DNA from: Longimicrobiales bacterium
Lineage (GTDB): Bacteria; Gemmatimonadota; Gemmatimonadetes; Longimicrobiales; Gaopeijiaceae
DNA length: 64,000 nt
Direction of reading: 5' to 3'
Assembly (NCBI GenBank): GCA_965202805.1
Contig: OZ241869.1
Coordinates: 192,001-256,000 of the forward strand
This document shows positions 1-8,597 of this stretch, in pieces (within the stretch, counting starts at the first letter, position 1; the number at the start of each line of letters is the position of its first letter). The notes beneath the pieces are model-generated. The model was not told where the DNA came from and ran no database searches. It saw only the letters and a list, made by a program, of their open reading frames with translations. A program made the position numbers and the translations under genes.

Positions 1-591
1 GGCGGTGAGGACGACGTCGTCGCGGTCGTGCAGGATGCTGTAGTCGTACCCGAACTGGAAGTAGTCCAGATCGACGCACTTGCGCTCTCCCTCCTCGGTG
101 AGAATCTCCGCGGATTCCACGACCTCCTCGAGGAAGACCGTCCGGTCCCGCTCCGGGGCCAGGAAGTGCAGGTTCTGCCACATGGCCCCGCCGATGGTGC
201 TTGGGATGCCGACGAAGTGATGGAGCCCCCCGAGTCCGCGCCGGACGGTCGCCTGGATGAGGTCCGGGAAGCTGTCCACTCCGGCGCCGGCGCGCACGCG
301 TACGTCGTCGAGAAAATCGATGCCGCCCACCTCCGAGCGGATCACCAGCCCGCGGAAGCCGCCGTCCCCGACGAGAATGTTCGCGCCCCGTCCCAGCAGA
401 AAGTGCGGAATCCCGAGTTCCCGCGCCGCCATCATGGCGTCCGCGAGCTCGTCGGCGGTGCGCGCACGCACGAACAGGTCCGCGGGCCCGCCGATCCTGA
501 AGGTCGTCATGGGACCGAGCGGCACGTCGCGCTCGATCCGGCCCGGCCCGAGGCGCCGCTCCAGCTCGCGGCAGAATTCCGCCGTATCCAC
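1..591 (-). CDS. murB: UDP-N-acetylenolpyruvoylglucosamine reductase (3' end runs off the window)
   Basis: Hand translation from GTG at 591 (GGAGA upstream) gives MDTAEF...TTFRIGGPADLF...LGRGANILVGDGGFRGLVI...GIPSTIGGAMWQN, typical MurB FAD-binding motifs. Absent from the ORF track because its stop is outside the window. Confidence 0.9.
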   Translation of the reverse strand, partial: MDTAEFCRELERRLGPGRIERDVPLGPMTTFRIGGPADLFVRARTADELADAMMAARELGIPHFLLGRGANILVGDGGFRGLVIRSEVGGIDFLDDVRVRAGAGVDSFPDLIQATVRRGLGGLHHFVGIPSTIGGAMWQNLHFLAPERDRTVFLEEVVESAEILTEEGERKCVDLDYFQFGYDYSILHDRDDVVLTA

Positions 592-703
592 GCTTCTCCA
601 TGGGGACGTGGGGGATGCGCTCCGGCGCAAAGATAGCGAATCGAGCCCGACGGTGGCCGTTTCTGTCACTGTTTCGCCCGTTGCGGTAGGTTCTCGAGAA
701 GTT

Positions 704-2506
704 CTACCCGCATCCCCGAGGCATATGATCCCGCGCGCGTCCGCCGGTTATACGGTCATCTACGACGGCGACTGCGCCGTATGCCTGCGCTTCGTCGACT
801 ACCTGCGGCGCCGCGACCCGGCGGGCACCATCGAGATCGTCGCCTGGCAGGAAGACGGAGTGCCGGCTCGCTTCCCCTGGATCGATCCCGCGCGCTTCGA
901 GGAGGCGCTCCAACTGGTGGGGCCGGGCGCAGCCTCCCGCGACACCTGGGAAGGCGCACGGGCCATCGAGCAACTCCTGCGGGTACTCCCACGCGGTCCA
1001 AGGCTGGGCTGGGTCTTCCGGCTCCCCCTGGCACGTCCCCTGTTCGCGTGGGGATACCGCAACTTCGCGCGCAACCGCCGCCGCTTCGGGTGCGGGGAGC
1101 ACTGTTCGCTGGAGACTGCTCGCGACTGAGCCGGGTTCCACACCCGGGACGAGCGAACCCCTTGCCTCGTAGGGAGACATGTCCAGGTCCTGCTCCTCGA
1201 AATACGCGAGGCGGTTCGGGATCGTCGTCAGGACGGTCCACCGGTCCTCCCGCGTCAGGCTTCCGGGCTGATACCGCACCGCGAAGTAAATGACCGCGCT
1301 CTCGGCGACATCCTCCCGGTTCGGATGTTGTCGGGCATACTCCGAGATGAACACGCCGTCGGCCTCCTGCGCGGCGCGCCAGCCGGCGGCGTCCGCGTGC
1401 TCCGGATCCAGTGAGACATGGGCAGCCTCGTGCAGGTATAGTTCCTCGAGCAAGCCATGGTGAAGGCTTTGCAGGGCGTTCTGGCTCTGCGAGTGAATCA
1501 GGATGCTCTGGTCGAACGAACTGCCCCCTGCGAGTCCGTCGCCGGGAATGATCGCCAATGCGCGCACATTCGACAGGAAGGCAGCGGGCAGTTGCGCCAG
1601 TGCGGGGGCAAACCGGTTTACCACCTCCGTGGCCGCCGGCAGGCTGTCATATTCCGGATGGAGCCGGAATTCCACTACCTGTTCGGCGATCGGCGCCTCG
1701 AACACGAACGCCTTGACGGGGATCCAGTTACTCAGCCGCCGGTCATAGAGCGTCCGCATCGCGCGGCCGAGGTAGGTTATGCTCGGCAGCGGCGTGCCGC
1801 TGGGTCCGAGGATGCGCGACGAGCGCCACGTCGTGTTGCTGAACGGGGTCACGCCGCTGTGTTCCATCGCGAAATCCCGCGTCACGTCGGCGTCCATGTT
1901 CAGTTCCACCGTCCGGCTCACATAGCTCAACTCGGCCTCGACGGTCACCTTCAGGGTCCCGCCCAGGTTCGGGAAGCGATACCGCCCATCGGCGTCGGTG
2001 ATCGTGGTGGTCCGCTTCCAGCCCTCCAGGCGCACGAGAACCCCGGGCAAGACCAGGCTTGGCCTCCGGCTGTCGGTCACCGTGCCGGACAGGGTGAACG
2101 ACGGTGCATCGACCCTGATGACCACCGAGTCCGATGCCTCGCGGATCTCGCCGACGACGATGGTCGTGCCGGTGCCGACGGCCATTACCCGTCCCGCCGA
2201 CGTGACCTCCGCAACCGTGGAGTTCCGGGTGAGCCAGGTAACATGGGCACCCGGCATCACACGCCCGTCCTGGTCGCTGACTTCGGCGGTGAGCCGGGCC
2301 GTGTCCCCGAGCGTTGTGAACGTCACGGTGTCGGGCGCGACGGCCACCGTCGTGGGACGGGGAGGATCGACGGGTGTGGGCTCGGTGCCTCCGTCGCCGC
2401 ACGCGCTGGCCCAGATGGCTGCCACCAGGGAGGCGGCCGCGAGGCTCCGTGTGCGGCGACCGCGTGCACTACCCGTGTTCAGAGCCAACGTGCACGTCCT
2501 GCTCAA
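704..2506 (-). CDS. Lipoprotein: Big_2 Ig domain, carboxypeptidase-regulatory-like domain and HEXXH zinc-peptidase-like tip; 3' end reads through the DCC1 gene
   Basis: Signal with ASAC lipobox, linker GDGGTEPTPVDPP, Ig repeat, LSGTVTD...DADGRYRF, and ELYLHEAAH...REDVAES. Plausible protein ends near 1130-1180 but the stop is at 704. Confidence 0.75.
   Translation of the reverse strand: MSRTCTLALNTGSARGRRTRSLAAASLVAAIWASACGDGGTEPTPVDPPRPTTVAVAPDTVTFTTLGDTARLTAEVSDQDGRVMPGAHVTWLTRNSTVAEVTSAGRVMAVGTGTTIVVGEIREASDSVVIRVDAPSFTLSGTVTDSRRPSLVLPGVLVRLEGWKRTTTITDADGRYRFPNLGGTLKVTVEAELSYVSRTVELNMDADVTRDFAMEHSGVTPFSNTTWRSSRILGPSGTPLPSITYLGRAMRTLYDRRLSNWIPVKAFVFEAPIAEQVVEFRLHPEYDSLPAATEVVNRFAPALAQLPAAFLSNVRALAIIPGDGLAGGSSFDQSILIHSQSQNALQSLHHGLLEELYLHEAAHVSLDPEHADAAGWRAAQEADGVFISEYARQHPNREDVAESAVIYFAVRYQPGSLTREDRWTVLTTIPNRLAYFEEQDLDMSPYEARGSLVPGVEPGSVASSLQRTVLPAPEAAAVAREVAVSPREQGTCQGEPEDPAQPWTAWEYPQELLDGPCAFPGVAGGCARPHQLERLLEARGIDPGEASRHSVFLPGDDLDGARRVAAPQVVDEAQAYGAVAVVDDRITGGRARDHMPRGCG
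725..1129 (+). CDS. DCC1-like thiol-disulfide oxidoreductase (DUF393 family)
   Basis: VIYDGDCAVC (DxxCxxC) N-terminal motif and C-terminal YRNFARNR; ATG at 725 within ORF 257..1129. Confidence 0.85.
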   Translation: MIPRASAGYTVIYDGDCAVCLRFVDYLRRRDPAGTIEIVAWQEDGVPARFPWIDPARFEEALQLVGPGAASRDTWEGARAIEQLLRVLPRGPRLGWVFRLPLARPLFAWGYRNFARNRRRFGCGEHCSLETARD

Positions 2507-2725
2507 CGGCTGGATCTCCTGATCTTCGGGCTCGGGTCCGGCCTGCTTGTCGGGCTCGGCTTCCCCTGAGCTGCGGCCATGAGCCCGGAAGCCGCCGTCT
2601 CGCGATTCCGGGTTGCCGGAGGTGTGGTAACATCCCCCGTCACAAGCCTACATTGGCTGCAGGTTCCGGTCCACGCGACCCGAACGTCCGCGCCCGCCAG
2701 GTATGTGCCCTTCCGGAGACCTTCC

Positions 2726-4702
2726 ATGCGACGACCCGCCGCAAACACGCTCAGAATCGTCCCGCTCCTGCTCTGCGTGGTCCTGACATCCTCGACCCGG
2801 CTGGCGCCGTCTCCGGCCCAGGACGCATCCGGTCCGCTTGCGGTGGAGACGCTGCTGTCGCTCTCCTCCACGGTCGGCGGCGAGATCCCGCGCTGGGCTC
2901 CCGGCGGTGACTGGATCCTCCTGGGCGGTTCGAACCTGCGGTTGATCCGACCCGAAGGCGGCGCGATCAGCGAACTTCCGGTGTCGACGGGCGGCAGCGG
3001 TCATTTCCTCGCCTCGGCCGAACCCCGCTGGTCGCCGGACGGCCGCTGGATCTCCTACGTGTCCGACAAGAGCGGCACGCCCGAGATCCGGCTCTGGTCT
3101 CCCGGGGACGGAGAGGAGATCCGCGTCACAGCCAACGGCGGCCGGCTCATCAAGGGCTACTCCTGGTCCCCGGACGGCACGCGCATCGCGTTCTCGGGGA
3201 ATCGCCACGGACAATACGACGTGTGGACCGTGGAAGTCCCCTCGGGGGAAGCGCGCCGGTTGACCGATGGCCCGGAGCTGGAAGTCTATCCCGCCTGGAG
3301 CCCTGATTCCCGGTCCGTCCTCTTCGTGAGACTCGATGGCGCATGGATGGACCACGCCATCGTGGAAATTTCTGCCGACGGGGGTGAAGAGCGGGTGATT
3401 GTCGAGGACGAGGACTTCTTCGACTATGGAGAGGGAGGCACATTCGGCTATCCGCTGGTCTCGCCGGATGGCTCCGCGGTGGTATTCCCGTCCTACCGCT
3501 CCGGGTGGATCAACTACTGGAGCGTCGCGCGTTCCGGAGGCGAGCCGCGGCCGCTTGCTCCGGCGGAGGCCGACCAGACGGGCGGGGCGTGGTCGCCCGA
3601 CGGCACCTCGTTCGCGTACATCGAGAATCACGGCGGGACCTACCAGCTCCGGACCGCGCCCGCGCACGGCGGCCAGCCCCGCGTCGTCGCCCGGCCGGAA
3701 TCCGGGGTCATCGGCGCGCCACAATGGTCCCCGGACGCCAGCCGCATCTCCTACACCCTCGAGACACCGACTCGCCCCGGCGACCTGATCGTCCACGAGC
3801 TGGATTCGGGGAAGGAATCCTGGCTGACCGATTCGATGCCGATGGAGGGCATCGAGAACCGACTGGTCACGCCCTTCAAGGTCGAGTTCCAGAGCAGCGA
3901 TGGCCTGACGATCCCCTCGTACCTATACCGCCCGCCCGAGGGCTCGGGCGACGCCGATGGCCGCCACCCCGCGATCGTGTGGACACACGGCGGACCCACG
4001 TCCCAGTGGGAAGACACCTTCGAGCCCGCCATCCAGTACTTCGCGCAGCGCGGCTATGTCGTCCTGCTGCCCAATGTGCGCGGCAGCTCCGGCTACGGAC
4101 GCGATTTCGAGGAGGCCAACGACGGCTGCTGGGGCAAGTGCGACTTCGCGGACGCGGTGGCCGCCGCCCGGTATCTCCGAAGCCTGCCCTACGTCCATCC
4201 GGAGCGCATAGGCACCACGGGGACCAGCTACGGCGGGTTCATGTCGTGCGCGGCGGTGAGCTTCGGCGGCGAGACCTTCCAGGCCGTGATCGCGGCATCC
4301 GGCTACTGCGACCGGGTCACCTTCTTCGAAGACGGCGAATTCCGCCATCTGCAGCAGCTGCGCAAGGAGATGGGGCGGCTCGAGGAGCACAGGGACCGCT
4401 ATCTGGCGAACTCCCCCTACTATCACATCGCCGATGCCCAGGTACCCGTATTCGTGATCCACGGAGAGGGCCGCTATCCCGGCTCACCCCAGATGACCGA
4501 GTTCTTCCGGGAGCTGCAGCGCCTCTACAAGCCCGCCCGCTACAAGGCCTATCCCGGCGAGAACTTCTACGTCCGCGGCTTCGACAACACGCGGGAGATG
4601 CTGGCCGACATGCAGGCCTTCTTCGACTTCTACCTGCTCGGCAAGGACACCCGGCTGCCCGGCGTCGGCTATCTGGAGGAGCTGGAAGGGGTGAGTCACT
4701 GA
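2726..4702 (+). CDS. S9 (prolyl oligopeptidase-like) secreted hydrolase with PD40/WD40-like propeller
   Basis: Signal peptide, repeated WSPDG motifs, HGGP, PNVRGSSGYG, GTSYGG nucleophile elbow. Confidence 0.85.
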   Translation: MRRPAANTLRIVPLLLCVVLTSSTRLAPSPAQDASGPLAVETLLSLSSTVGGEIPRWAPGGDWILLGGSNLRLIRPEGGAISELPVSTGGSGHFLASAEPRWSPDGRWISYVSDKSGTPEIRLWSPGDGEEIRVTANGGRLIKGYSWSPDGTRIAFSGNRHGQYDVWTVEVPSGEARRLTDGPELEVYPAWSPDSRSVLFVRLDGAWMDHAIVEISADGGEERVIVEDEDFFDYGEGGTFGYPLVSPDGSAVVFPSYRSGWINYWSVARSGGEPRPLAPAEADQTGGAWSPDGTSFAYIENHGGTYQLRTAPAHGGQPRVVARPESGVIGAPQWSPDASRISYTLETPTRPGDLIVHELDSGKESWLTDSMPMEGIENRLVTPFKVEFQSSDGLTIPSYLYRPPEGSGDADGRHPAIVWTHGGPTSQWEDTFEPAIQYFAQRGYVVLLPNVRGSSGYGRDFEEANDGCWGKCDFADAVAAARYLRSLPYVHPERIGTTGTSYGGFMSCAAVSFGGETFQAVIAASGYCDRVTFFEDGEFRHLQQLRKEMGRLEEHRDRYLANSPYYHIADAQVPVFVIHGEGRYPGSPQMTEFFRELQRLYKPARYKAYPGENFYVRGFDNTREMLADMQAFFDFYLLGKDTRLPGVGYLEELEGVSH

Positions 4703-4943
4703 GAGACCGCAAACGGAAACCCCGAACCCACCCCACCCGTAAACCGGGGAGTTCGTCCGGCGGTCCCGAGCGTTGAATCCGGGGCGCGCCGCGTCAGATT
4801 GACACCGGTTTGACCCTTGGCGAGCTTACATAGCTACCCATCCCGCTCGCGGGAAGGAGCCTCGAGGGTTCAGAGGAGGTCCCCCCGGGCGGTACGCGAG
4901 CCGGATCACACGCGCGAAACCTCCCGGAGCCAGCGGTGGCACC

Positions 4944-6632
4944 ATGCTGAAGTCTCTTCGTGGCCGGATCATCTTCATCGCCGTGATCCTCGGGATCTGC
5001 GGCTACTACATCTACGCCGACGGCCTGAAACTGGGTCTCGACCTGCAGGGCGGCATGCACCTGGTGGTCGAGATCGACGACCCGGACGGCACGCTCACCG
5101 ACGAGGCGCGCGCCGACGCCATCGACCGCGCCGAAACGGTTCTCCGCACCCGCATCGACGAACTCGGGGTCGAGGAACCGCTTATCCAGAAGGTGGGCAG
5201 CGACCGCATCATCGTCGAGCTGGCTGGCATCAGCGACGAGAATCAGGCCAAGGAGGTCATCCGGCGCGCCGCCTTCCTCGAGTTCAAGCTGGTGCGCTCG
5301 TGGTCTGACTTCGCCCCCGATTTGCCACGCATCGACCGCGTGATCGTCGCAACGCTGGGAGCCGATTCGCTGAGCAGCCTGGGCCGCGACGTGCAGGCCC
5401 CGACATCCTCGATCGAAGAACTGCTTTTCGGGGCCGGCGCATCGGGAGAGGGAGATTCCGCGGCGGTTGAGGAAGGCGAAGCCGAGGCCGAGGTGGGCGC
5501 GGAAGTGGACGCCGAGGATGCCGGAGTCGAGCAGGTTGCCCAGGAGGAGGCTGCCGAAACCGAGGCGGAGGACGAAGCCGTCCTCAGCCCGTTTACCGCG
5601 CTCCTGAACCAGGGCAGTGACGACGGCGTCTACCTCGTGTCCGAGGAGGATGTGGAGGCTGCGGAGCTGTTCCTGGGCATCCCCGAGGTCCAGCGCGCCA
5701 TGCCGCGCGACATCGCCCTCCAGTGGGGCATGGATCCCGTCGCGCTCACCGGAAGGATCTACCGTCAGCTGTATGTTCTGGACGAGGACGCCTTCATCAA
5801 CGGACAGATGCTGGAGAACGCCGTATCCGCCCGTGACCCCCAGTTCAACACGCCGCAGGTGCAGTTCGAGCTGTCCCGCCGGGGGGGCCGGCGCTTCGCG
5901 GAGGTGACCGGACAGAACGTCGGCGAGTTCCTCGCCATCGTGCTCGACGGCGAGGTGGTGAGCGCGCCCGTCATCCGGGACCGCATCGGCGCCCGTGGCC
6001 AGATCGAGCTCGGCGGCTCCACACTGCAGGAGGCGAGCGACCTCGCGCTGGTGCTGCGCGCCGGCGCCCTTCCCGCCCCGCTGCGCATCATGGAGGAGCG
6101 CACGGTCGGGCCCTCGCTCGGGCAGGATTCGGTGGACCAGGGCCGCATCGCCGGAATGATCGGCATCGTCCTGGTGATCGTGATCATGTGCGCCTACTAC
6201 CGCGTCGCGGGCATGCTCTCGATACTGGCGCTGGGTGTATACGTGGTCCTGGTGCTGGGCGGACTGGCCATGTTCGGGGCGACGCTGACCGTGCCGGGCA
6301 TCGCGGGGCTCATCCTCTCGGTCGGCATGGCGGTGGATGCCAACGTGCTCATCTTCGAGCGCATCCGGGAGGAACTGGATGCCGGCAGAGCCGTGCGCAC
6401 CGCGGTCGAGGACGGCTTTGGGAACGCCCTGTCGGCGATCGTCGACGCCAACCTCACGACCCTGATCACGGCGCTGATCCTCTTCCAGTTCGGCACCGGG
6501 CCCGTGCGCGGCTTTGCCGTCACCCTCTCGATCGGGATCCTGGCTTCGTTCTTCACTGCGCTCTACGTGACGCGCAGCTTCTTCTTCATGTACCTGTCCC
6601 GGAAGAGGGCCACGGACCCCATCAGCATCTGA
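4944..6632 (+). CDS. secD: Protein translocase subunit SecD
   Basis: LKLGLDLQGG, RIDELGVEEP, LRAGALPAP, GMAVDANVLIFERIREEL. Confidence 0.97.
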   Translation: MLKSLRGRIIFIAVILGICGYYIYADGLKLGLDLQGGMHLVVEIDDPDGTLTDEARADAIDRAETVLRTRIDELGVEEPLIQKVGSDRIIVELAGISDENQAKEVIRRAAFLEFKLVRSWSDFAPDLPRIDRVIVATLGADSLSSLGRDVQAPTSSIEELLFGAGASGEGDSAAVEEGEAEAEVGAEVDAEDAGVEQVAQEEAAETEAEDEAVLSPFTALLNQGSDDGVYLVSEEDVEAAELFLGIPEVQRAMPRDIALQWGMDPVALTGRIYRQLYVLDEDAFINGQMLENAVSARDPQFNTPQVQFELSRRGGRRFAEVTGQNVGEFLAIVLDGEVVSAPVIRDRIGARGQIELGGSTLQEASDLALVLRAGALPAPLRIMEERTVGPSLGQDSVDQGRIAGMIGIVLVIVIMCAYYRVAGMLSILALGVYVVLVLGGLAMFGATLTVPGIAGLILSVGMAVDANVLIFERIREELDAGRAVRTAVEDGFGNALSAIVDANLTTLITALILFQFGTGPVRGFAVTLSIGILASFFTALYVTRSFFFMYLSRKRATDPISI

Positions 6633-6652
6633 ATCGCGAGACCATCTGAATC

Positions 6653-7690
6653 ATGAGACTCTTCGGAAACGCGCGATATCGCTTCATCGAAGCGCGCAGG
6701 AAGGCCTACGTCTTCTCGGCCGCGGTGCTCGCCATCGCGGTGGTGTCGATGGTGGCGAACATCGTGCGCATCGGCAGCTGGCAGAACTACGGCGTGGACT
6801 TCACCGGCGGTTCGCTGGTGCAGGTGCGCTTCGAGGAGGCGATGGAGGCGGCAGAGCTGCGAACCGCGCTGGGCGGCGCCGATGCCCCTCCCATCACCAG
6901 CATGGGCGACGAAGGAAACGAGTTCGTGATCCGCGCGCCGCTGGCCGAGGACCGCGAGGTCGAGGCGGTGGCGCAGGAGATCCGGGGTCAGATCCAGGGC
7001 GCCTTCCCGGGCCGTGACTTCGAGGTGATGCGCACCGAGCTGGTGGGCCCCAAGATCGGCGCGGAGCTGCAGCAGAAGGCGGCGCTCGCGATCCTGTTCT
7101 CGTTCGCGCTGACCCTCATCTATCTGGCCATCCGCTTCGAGTTCCGCTTCGGCGTGGCGGCCGTCATCGCGACCGTCCACGACAGCATCATCACCCTCGG
7201 TTTCCTGGCTCTCTTCCAGGTCGAGATCGCGCTTCCGACGGTGGCGGCCATCCTGACCATCATCGGGTATTCGCTGAACGACACCATCGTCGTATTCGAC
7301 CGGGTGCGCGAGAACCTGAACGCGAAGGGCGGTCGTCGGAAGGACCCGGTGGCACTCGTCAATCAATCGATCAACGAGACGCTGCCGAGAACGGTGCTCA
7401 CCTCCGGCACGACGCTCGGCGTGCTGCTGGCCCTGCTCATTTTCGGGGGCGCGGTGATCCGCGACTTCACCACCGTGTTGATCCTGGGGGTCCTGGTGGG
7501 GACCTACTCGTCGATCTTCGTCGCGTCGCCGGCGCTGCTCGAGATCCAGAAGCGCTGGGGTGCGAAGGATCTGGTCGAAGCCCAGCGCGCAGCCCCGGGG
7601 CGTCCCGCGCCCCGGAAGCCGTCGGGCCGGCCGAAGAAGAGGAAGAAGAGGGGCAGGAAGAGACGGCGGACCGCGGGCGCATCCGCCTGA
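6653..7690 (+). CDS. secF: Protein translocase subunit SecF
   Basis: YGVDFTGG, GYSLNDTIVVFDRVREN, GTYSSIFVASP; follows secD. Confidence 0.97.
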   Translation: MRLFGNARYRFIEARRKAYVFSAAVLAIAVVSMVANIVRIGSWQNYGVDFTGGSLVQVRFEEAMEAAELRTALGGADAPPITSMGDEGNEFVIRAPLAEDREVEAVAQEIRGQIQGAFPGRDFEVMRTELVGPKIGAELQQKAALAILFSFALTLIYLAIRFEFRFGVAAVIATVHDSIITLGFLALFQVEIALPTVAAILTIIGYSLNDTIVVFDRVRENLNAKGGRRKDPVALVNQSINETLPRTVLTSGTTLGVLLALLIFGGAVIRDFTTVLILGVLVGTYSSIFVASPALLEIQKRWGAKDLVEAQRAAPGRPAPRKPSGRPKKRKKRGRKRRRTAGASA

Positions 7691-7787
7691 CCCTGCCTGG
7701 CCGGGCCGCCTGATGTTTCCGGCCGCGAGATCCCGGGTTTCCCGTCGTGCCTGAGCCGTTGCCGGGTCCGCCGGGTCCACGACCGCC

Positions 7788-8597
7788 ATGCTGTTCGAAT
7801 CCCACTGCCACCTGACCGACCGGCGCTTCGACGCGGACCGGGCGGAGACCATCGAACGGGCGCACGCCGCCGGCGTGGGGGCGCTGATCTCCATCGCGTC
7901 GTCGTTGGCGGACGCCGAGCAGGTGGCGGCGCTCACCCGGGCGCATCGGGGCGTGTGGGGCACGGCGGGCGTCCATCCCCATGAGGCCGGACGGGCCGGG
8001 GAGAACGACGTGCAGCGGGTACGCGAACTGCTCGAGGCTGAGCCGCGCCTGGTCGCCGTCGGCGAGACCGGCCTCGACTACCACTACGACTTCGGTCCGC
8101 GCGACCGGCAGCGCGAGCTGTTCCGCGCCCATGCCCGCCTGGCCGCCGAGACCGGGCTCCCGCTGGTGGTGCACTCCCGTTCCGCGGACGACGACACTCG
8201 TGCGGTGATCGCGGAGTTCAGGGGCCTGGCGCGCGGCGTGCTCCACTGCTTCACCGGCGGGATGAGGTTGCTCGAGGAAGCGCTCGACGCCGGCTGGCAC
8301 ATCTCGTTCACGGGGCTCGTGACCTTCAGGAACTTCGACGGGCAGGAAGCGCTGCGGGCGGTGCCGCCCGACCGTCTCATGATCGAGACCGACTCGCCCT
8401 ATCTGGCGCCGGTGCCGCACCGGGGCCGGCGCAACGAGCCCGCATACGTGGCGCGCGTGCGGGACGGGGTGGCGGCCGTGCGCGGCGAGAGCGCGGAGGA
8501 GGTGGAGCGTTACACGGCCCGCAACGCCTTCCGCTTCTTCGGCCTCGAGGCGGAGGAGGCGGGGAGCTGCACCGGACCCTCGTCGGCCGCGCAGTGA
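7788..8597 (+). CDS. tatD: TatD family DNase
   Basis: SHCHL, GVHPH, VGETGLDY, VVHSR, LHCFTG, ETDSPYL, RNEP. Confidence 0.93.
   Translation: MLFESHCHLTDRRFDADRAETIERAHAAGVGALISIASSLADAEQVAALTRAHRGVWGTAGVHPHEAGRAGENDVQRVRELLEAEPRLVAVGETGLDYHYDFGPRDRQRELFRAHARLAAETGLPLVVHSRSADDDTRAVIAEFRGLARGVLHCFTGGMRLLEEALDAGWHISFTGLVTFRNFDGQEALRAVPPDRLMIETDSPYLAPVPHRGRRNEPAYVARVRDGVAAVRGESAEEVERYTARNAFRFFGLEAEEAGSCTGPSSAAQ

Noticed and set aside
4799..4840. TTGACA and TTGACC upstream of secD as a promoter
   Set aside because: No convincing -10 at 16-18 bp spacing.
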